From assembly GCF_009914755.1 (NCBI RefSeq), contig NC_060929.1: a stretch of DNA of 64,000 bases; one strand, written 5' to 3'. Under the pieces are notes generated by a model. The model was not told the origin of the DNA, did no database searches, and saw nothing but the letters and a program-made list of their open reading frames with translations. Each line of letters starts with the position of its first letter. Position 1 is the first letter of the stretch. Of the stretch, positions 56,571-64,000 are shown piece by piece. The stretch comes from the human T2T-CHM13v2.0 reference genome, Homo sapiens. The position numbers were made by a program, and so were the translations under genes.

Positions 56571-58412
56571 ATGCCGTTTCCTGATTTTTCAATTTTAGAT
56601 ATTAGTTTTTGACTGTACTATGGCAGATGCAGAATATTAAATTAATATTCAGTATTTACGTTATGATGACTAAATAAATACCTTCACAACCAAGCCAAAT
56701 AGCACACTCTTAAACTTTTTGTGTTTCTGCTTTATTGTTTTTTGTTTGTTTGCTTGCTTGCTTGCTTTGTTTATTTTATTCTGCATATTTTATCATTGAC
56801 TCAGATCCAAAATTTCTGAGCAAACCACAGAATTCCTCCCAGTTACAATCAGGAGTGTGAGATGATCTCTCAGTTGCATGGTTTTCCCAGAGACCTTCCT
56901 CTGGGAGCCCCATTCAGCTGAAGCCTGACCTGGTTGCTGCTGTGACCTGCAGGAGAGCTATCTTCCTGGGACCAACACTTTTCGCTAGTTCAGGCTCTCC
57001 TATTCTCTATATCTCATTCTTCCTCATTACCAGTTATGCTCTCATTTTGGCAGAATGCATTTTCCCGTAGTTTCTTAAGAAAGACAACATGAGGGTAAAT
57101 TTTTAGATCTTGCATATTTGAAATAGTTTTTATTCCACTCTTAAACTTCATTGATTGGAGATGAAATGCAAGCTTGGAAATAATTTTTATTCAGAATTTT
57201 GCACACATTATTTCATTATCTTCTTTTTTCCATTGTGGCTGATTAAAAAGTCCAATGTTATTCTGCATGCTCCTTCTTTGTTTGGGATTTATTGTCCCTT
57301 CTCCTCCTCCAGAAGCTGTTACGATTATCTTTTTGTCTCTAAAGTTCTAACTTCAAGACGATCGCCTTTTTTAATTCACAGGTCATTCATGGGGCTAGAA
57401 AGACATTCTGTAAGCTTTTTCCACCTGAAGACTCAGACCCTTCAGTTTTAAGAGATTTTCTTTTGTAATTTATTTGATATCATCCTTGCCTTCATTTCTG
57501 CTCTTTCATTTGCAGTTCCATATGTTAGGCTTCCAAGATTCTATTTCTTTGACTTTTATTTTATTTTTTGGGTGATACCTTCAACTTCGTCTTTCAGTAT
57601 TTTTGTCAACTAATATATTTATCTACTGCATTAACTTCCTAGAGTTCTTTTTTGCTTTTTGATTTTTCCTTCATTATAGCATTCTATTCATACTCTAGAA
57701 TGAGTGTATGTTTTTTTAATGTGTTCTTTTGGTCCCTAAATTGTGCTTGTTTCCCATGATTTATTTTCATTCATTTGCTTGTTAATTTTAATTTCTCCCT
57801 CTCCCTCCTCCATATTTAGAGGCCCTTGACTATCTGCTCTTATAAGTACCACAAAGCCAATGGGCTCTTCTGCATGCAAGTAGGAAGATGGCCAGTAAGT
57901 GTCCTCTCCCTTATTCTCAGCTATACCTGGTGATCCTAACCTAGAGTCTAAATACTTTGTCTTCTTCAGAGTCCACCCCCAGTCTTCTGCTTGGCTGAAA
58001 AAGAGGGATTACCTGGCTGCATAGGCTAGGGCAGGGGCTCTGGGGCTTTCCACCAGGTTTTACCCCATCCCATACCTCAGACTTCAAAGTATCCAGTGCT
58101 TCATATTTTTACACCTTTCTTGTGATCTGTGGTTTTATGGCTTTCTTCTTATTGACTCTACTCACTTCCTCTTCACAGATGGTTATTTCAGCTTTCTTCA
58201 CCTTGCTAAGTCAGTTACCTTCATCCACTCTCCATCCTTCAGATGTTGTACTTCCTTTGTCTTCTCTTCCCTCTTTTAAGTTTCTCTTTGATCTGTATAT
58301 TCACACCTATTTTATTATTTTGCTGTGATTTATGTGAGTTTGGGGGAGATAGCAAAGATAAGCATGTATGTTCCACATCACATGCATCAGACACAGTGTT
58401 GTGAAACTGTAA

Positions 58413-58860
58413 TTTTTAAAATAAACTTTTATTGTAGTTTTAGATTTACAGAAAGTTCACAAGGTTAGTTCAGAGAGTTCCCAAATACTCTGTGCTCCAT
58501 TTTTCTCCCCTATGATTAAAATCTTACATTAGTGTGGTGCATTTGTCACAGTTAATGAACCAATACTAATACTAATACATTATTATTAACTAACACTAAA
58601 TACTTGTTTAGCTAGCTCTTTGGAAAGAAGTCACTATGTCCAGTCTACATTTAAGAAGTGATGAGTTACACTCTACCTCTTTGAGGGCAGAGTGTCTATG
58701 TAAATTATTTCAAATTATTCTGACTGGGAAATTTGTTTCTTCTCACTATTTATTTACATATCCAGTCATTTATTTATATCAATATGGATTCAAGGATATC
58801 TATTTTATACTTTGGGTTATAATTCAATACCATTTCATTTATTTTATTGCTCACATTGTG
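58413..58860 (-). mobile_element. L1MC-type 3' region
   Basis: gttttagatttacagaaagtt...gagagttccca...ctttggaaagaagtcactatg...ttttatactttgggttataattcaatac. Confidence 0.8.
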
Positions 58861-60599
58861 AAATGCTTTTTAATTGTAAACCTTTATCTAAAAAGCAAGA
58901 TATGAGTTAAATAATATAATATAATATATATATAATTAATATATATAATATAATGTAAATACGGTCTACATCTTAGAAATAGTTCTTTAGTCCTTTACTA
59001 ACTAACAAAGTGCTAGACACAGAATGCTGGGCAGGCACATAGGATTGGAACACTAAATACTTCTTTGGCTAACTTAGTGCTTTTAAATATATATTCAGTC
59101 ATTTCTAAATTCCCAGTGTCATGTTCCATGAGAGGTCACATAGATGCATAAAAGCTCCCTCAAGGACTGTAACCTTATTAGGGAAATACACATATATAGA
59201 CAATAAAAAAAAAAAACAGGTCAACACTGTCACTAAGTAGCAAATTATGTCATTTTCATAGTTTAAGAGTGACAGATTTCATGGCCTGAGTGATCAATTT
59301 GGATGCATCCATCATGGCTGGCATCCCAGAAAAGGCTGGGAATGATTTAGACAGAGTGAAATGAGAGAGTCTTTTAACCACACAGGGTATAACAAGTATG
59401 CATCTATTCTTTTTGGAATGTTTAAAAATTATCAAATCAGAAGCATCTTAAAATTCACTTTTCTTTGAAAAATGTATGCAAGATCCAGCCACTTTATTTT
59501 TGTTCATATTTGGTTTTCGGCTCTGTCCACATGTACATTTCAAAATCCAACAAACAATTCCATTGTTTATACATTGTGGCTTCCAGCTGACAAAACCCCT
59601 TTATACACTGGCTCACTGATCCCCACAGCAGGCCTGTGAAAGAGGCAGTTACAACAGGTATTACATAGAGCTCCATTTTGCAGATGGGGAAATGGAGGCC
59701 CCTGATTTTCAGGAGGTTGCACAGGTACAAATGGGAGAGGTGGATCTAGAACTCAGCACTCCTGACTCCAAATCCAAGGCTCTGTTCATCAACTTGGAGC
59801 CCCTGTTCTGACGCTGGAAAAGCTGGGTGGAGGAGAGGCAGGAGAGATGGAGACTCTAAAAACTCAGTGTTGTGGTTTGTTAGGTCTCTGGTGTCCTTAC
59901 TCTCCCTTCTCAAATGAAATGTAATATCTCAGCCTTAGAGACTAAAATGGGTTGCCAGTTATTCTCCTTCCTTTTCCAGGAAGAGGGGATTCTGCACCAC
60001 TAATCTTTGCTAGTTGAACAAGTTGTTTAATGAAAAATCATATTTGTTTGCTAAAGCTGGTCCCACCTGCAAGCCGGTGCTAGTGCCACTCAGCTGTCAT
60101 ACAGGCTGATGGGTCAGGCAAGAGGTGGACGTAGGGTCTCTGGGAATGGTCTGAGCTCACCCGGTCCCGTGGCCTCCCCAGGCATTCTGCACACTTGGCT
60201 GTCTGCAGCCTCCTCTGCTAGGAATGAAGCAGAGAGAGCAAGCAAACACCACCAGGAAAGCTTCTTTAAGGTCCTTTGAAGGGTTCACTCTGCGGGAGAC
60301 TGACGGTTTTGAACATTTCAGCTCTGCAGAGCCTTAAGCCCTGTTTTGAAGGGGCGCTTTGGTCAATAGAAATTTGGTCCTTAGAACTCACTTTCCCTCT
60401 TTTCCTTTGTATACTTCAACTCTTAGTACGTTCAGGGACTACCTGAATATGAATTGGTTATTGAGACTTTCAGAGGCAGGATCTCTGAAGGTCTGTGCCA
60501 TGGATCCTGCACCCCATTTTGCAATTTTGCATGTTATTCTTCTTTCTAGGTTTGTGGCCCAATTAGGGGATCACCAAATCTTTTTCAAGAACTCAGGTT

Positions 60600-60815
60600 C
60601 TATAGGCAGACTGCCAGGGTTTGTATTCTGGTTGCTTCATTTCACATCTATGTGGCCTCAGACCAGTTATTTAAAGCCTAGGAGCCTCACTTTTCTCATC
60701 TAAAAAGAAGCAATGAGTTCTTGCTTCAGAGGATGATTGAGTATTCAGTGAGATAATGCAATGGTCCCTAGTACATAGAAGCACTCTTAAAATATTAACA
60801 TTAGTTTTACCTATT
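60600..60815 (+). mobile_element. MIR fragment
   Basis: cagactgccagggtttgtattctgg...gagcctcacttttctcatctaaaa...gtgagataatgca. Confidence 0.7.
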
Positions 60816-60902
60816 ATTGAATAAACTTTGCTATTTCTGAGTGCCAAAGGAAATACCAAGATGGCTAAAAAACCATACTTGCCCTCAAGAAAATCACAGT
60901 CT

Positions 60903-61199
60903 AGCTGGGTCCAGTGGCTTATGCCTGTAATTCCAGCACTTTGGGAGATAAATGCAGGAGAATTACTTACACCTAGGAGTTCAAGACAAGGCTGGGCAAC
61001 ATGGCAAGACCCCGTCTCTAAAAAAAAAAAAAAAAATTAATTAGCCTGGTGCTGTGGCATGTACCTGTAGTCCCATCTACTCAGGAGGCTGAGTTGGGAG
61101 GATTGCTTGAGCCTAGGAGGTCAAGGCTGCAGTAAGCCATGTTCATGCCACTACATTCCAGCCTGGGTGACAAGGTGAAACTCAGTCTCAAAAAGAAGA
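60903..61199 (+). mobile_element. AluJ
   Basis: ggaggattgcttgagcctaggaggtcaaggctgcagt (J-type); TSD-like aagaa(a/g)atcacagt. Confidence 0.92.
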
Positions 61200-61224
61200 A
61201 GATCACAGTTTAGAAGCAGATCTA

Positions 61225-61385
61225 GAGAATGACATGTAAATAACAGATTACATATATAATGACCATTGTATAAATGTGATTTTATATGTATAATGATTAT
61301 ATATAGTGGATATTTTATATAATAATATACTATCACATGTTATTATATATTATGGCAATTATATATATAATCAAATATACTAAGT
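61225..61385. repeat. AT-rich low-complexity tract
   Basis: Degenerate tatataat units; a similar tract lies at 58905-58960. Confidence 0.75.
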
Positions 61386-62037
61386 CTTGTCAAAGTAGTA
61401 TACTCAAACTACTTGGGGGAGGGAGAATGCAAGAATAGGAAGAGCACATCCTGTCAGTGCTGTTACCTTTGATTTGATTCTGATGGTTTCAGAAAGGAAG
61501 CACCTGACTGGGTTCAGTTAAATTATGGGTTGAGTTTAGTACCTATTAGAGGAAAGGGAAAAATAAAAGCAAAGAGACTAGCACCAAATTAAAAGTATAT
61601 TTTAGGAACACCAGACAATCCATTTGCAGTTACACAGGGGAAAAAGTAAGAAAAATATAATAGATAAGGTGGAAAAGCAGTTTATGCTTAGAATCTGGAA
61701 AGCCTTGAATGCCAAGCAGCAGAGGTGAGGGAAGGACTCAGATCCTAAGGTGGTCTCGTGGAGAACTGAGTTTGACAATCTTACTTATTAGCCTCCCTTA
61801 ACTGCCTTCCTTAACTGCCTTTGGATCTGTATTTCCTTCTTAGGAATTTCTTGTTTCTTCCTTTCCTTATAGCCAATATTTATTGGGCTCTTGAGTTTAT
61901 GATATGGTCCACTGAAAATCTACAATCTATCTGTCCAATGATACTTTAACAGAATAAAATGAAGGTTAAACCACGGCAGCTTTTCTCACTAACATTCAAT
62001 AATTTAGGTTTAATAAAGCTTCCGTGGAGTGGGGCTA

Positions 62038-62355
<318 letters not shown>

Positions 62356-62571
62356 AGGGCTGTTGATTTTATATAATTTCCTTCCTTTTTGGCTGATTGA
62401 AGTCCATTGCTAATTCTAGTTTGACACTTTTTATTACCTCAACTAGATTATTTTGTCCAGAAAGTTTACTGAGCATCTTCTAGGCTAAGCACTTTAGAAA
62501 GTATGAAAGAAGTTTAATTCACAATACTTATCCTAAAAGATCACAATCCTGCTGATGGCACTTAGACAGTA

Positions 62572-62872
62572 CAGCAATCCCTTGATATCCACAGGGGTTT
62601 GGTACCAGGACTCCTACAGATACCAACATCTAGGTATGTTTAAGTCCTTTATATAACATGGCGTGGTGTTTGCACATAACCTAGGCACATCCTCTCACAT
62701 ACTTTAAATCATCTCTATATTACTTATAATACCTAATACAATGTAAATACTATGTAAATAGCTGCCACACTTTATTATTTTGATTGTTATGTTGTTAATT
62801 TTATTTTTAATATTTTCAATCTGCAGTTGTGAATCTGCAAACGTAGAACCCACAGATACAGAGGGGCAACTG
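62572..62872 (+). mobile_element. MER2 (TcMar-Tigger) MITE
   Basis: TA|cagcaatcccttgatatccac...tactttaaatcatctct...ttacttataatacctaatacaatgtaaat...gaggggcaactg|TA. Confidence 0.88.
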
Positions 62873-63281
62873 TACTCAAATTATTTGAGAGTGGTGCAAG
62901 CCCGCCAGTGAGTTTGTCACCAGTTGAGAAGACTTAAACGACTAACTCTATAATATAGAGATTTATTCTGGGTGGTCAGGAAGGGCCAAGATCATAGATA
63001 GTTAAAGATCCAGAGAAAATGGGACTTTGAAGTAAATGAAGGGAGGGGAAAAGAAAAATGTGCCTGAGAAATAGCATAAGTAAAAGTCCTGAGGTACATG
63101 GTGGAGTCACAGGGGAAAGGAAGAAGGCTGTCGGCTTGACTAAAGTGTGTGCAGGGAGATGAAGCCCGCTAGATAAGGTGGACACGGAGGCACTGCGCAC
63201 CTTGTTGCCAAATAGCGCCGGTCGTCAGAGAGTCTACAGTGAGAGCCATCTCTTCCTGTTTGTAATAGAAGTATGGAGTCT

Positions 63282-63662
<381 letters not shown>

Positions 63663-64000
63663 TTAGGAAAGAAATAGCGCTTTTCCACCCAGGTTTTTGA
63701 CTGTGGAAAGTCAAAGGAGGCACCTGAAATTTCAGACCACTATACCCAAAGCACCTACATACATAGAAAATGGTGATCTCAAGCCTCAGAGTGAAAAATG
63801 AACATCCCAGGGAGACCAAAGAGGAGAAGTGCCTGTCTGTTTCTTGCCAGGCTGGGGGGCCAAAGGGAAACTGGGAGAAGAAGCAGAGACACGTCTACCA
63901 CCATGGAACCTTGCTGCTAAAAATTGATTTCAGAGTTTCCTTATGTCTCACAGCCTGGGAACTTGAATTAAATGAGCTTTGCACAGAGATTGCCAACCCA

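Overview
This is higher-primate (human-like) nuclear DNA: it carries AluJ/S/Y, a young L1PA tail and THE1/MST LTRs. I recognise no protein-coding exon, RNA gene, CpG island or CRISPR array. The window is densely packed with SINE, LINE, LTR and DNA-transposon relics, and the ORF track is explained by Alu sequence, simple repeats and chance. All seven L1/HAL1 relics I can identify lie on the - strand, which suggests an intron of a long + strand gene; I cannot name that gene. I found no convincing new biological system. The best leads are: (i) a cluster of locally templated duplications at about 21-25.5 kb, with scattered template-switch scars elsewhere; (ii) a trimeric Alu inside a single target-site duplication (TSD); (iii) a four-layer nested transposon stack; (iv) an RFX/GC-box/CCAAT motif cluster at 18.8 kb; and (v) a recursive-splice-site-like motif at 17.3 kb. 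Repeat subfamily names come from my recall of consensus sequences, not from a search, and the boundaries of old elements are approximate.
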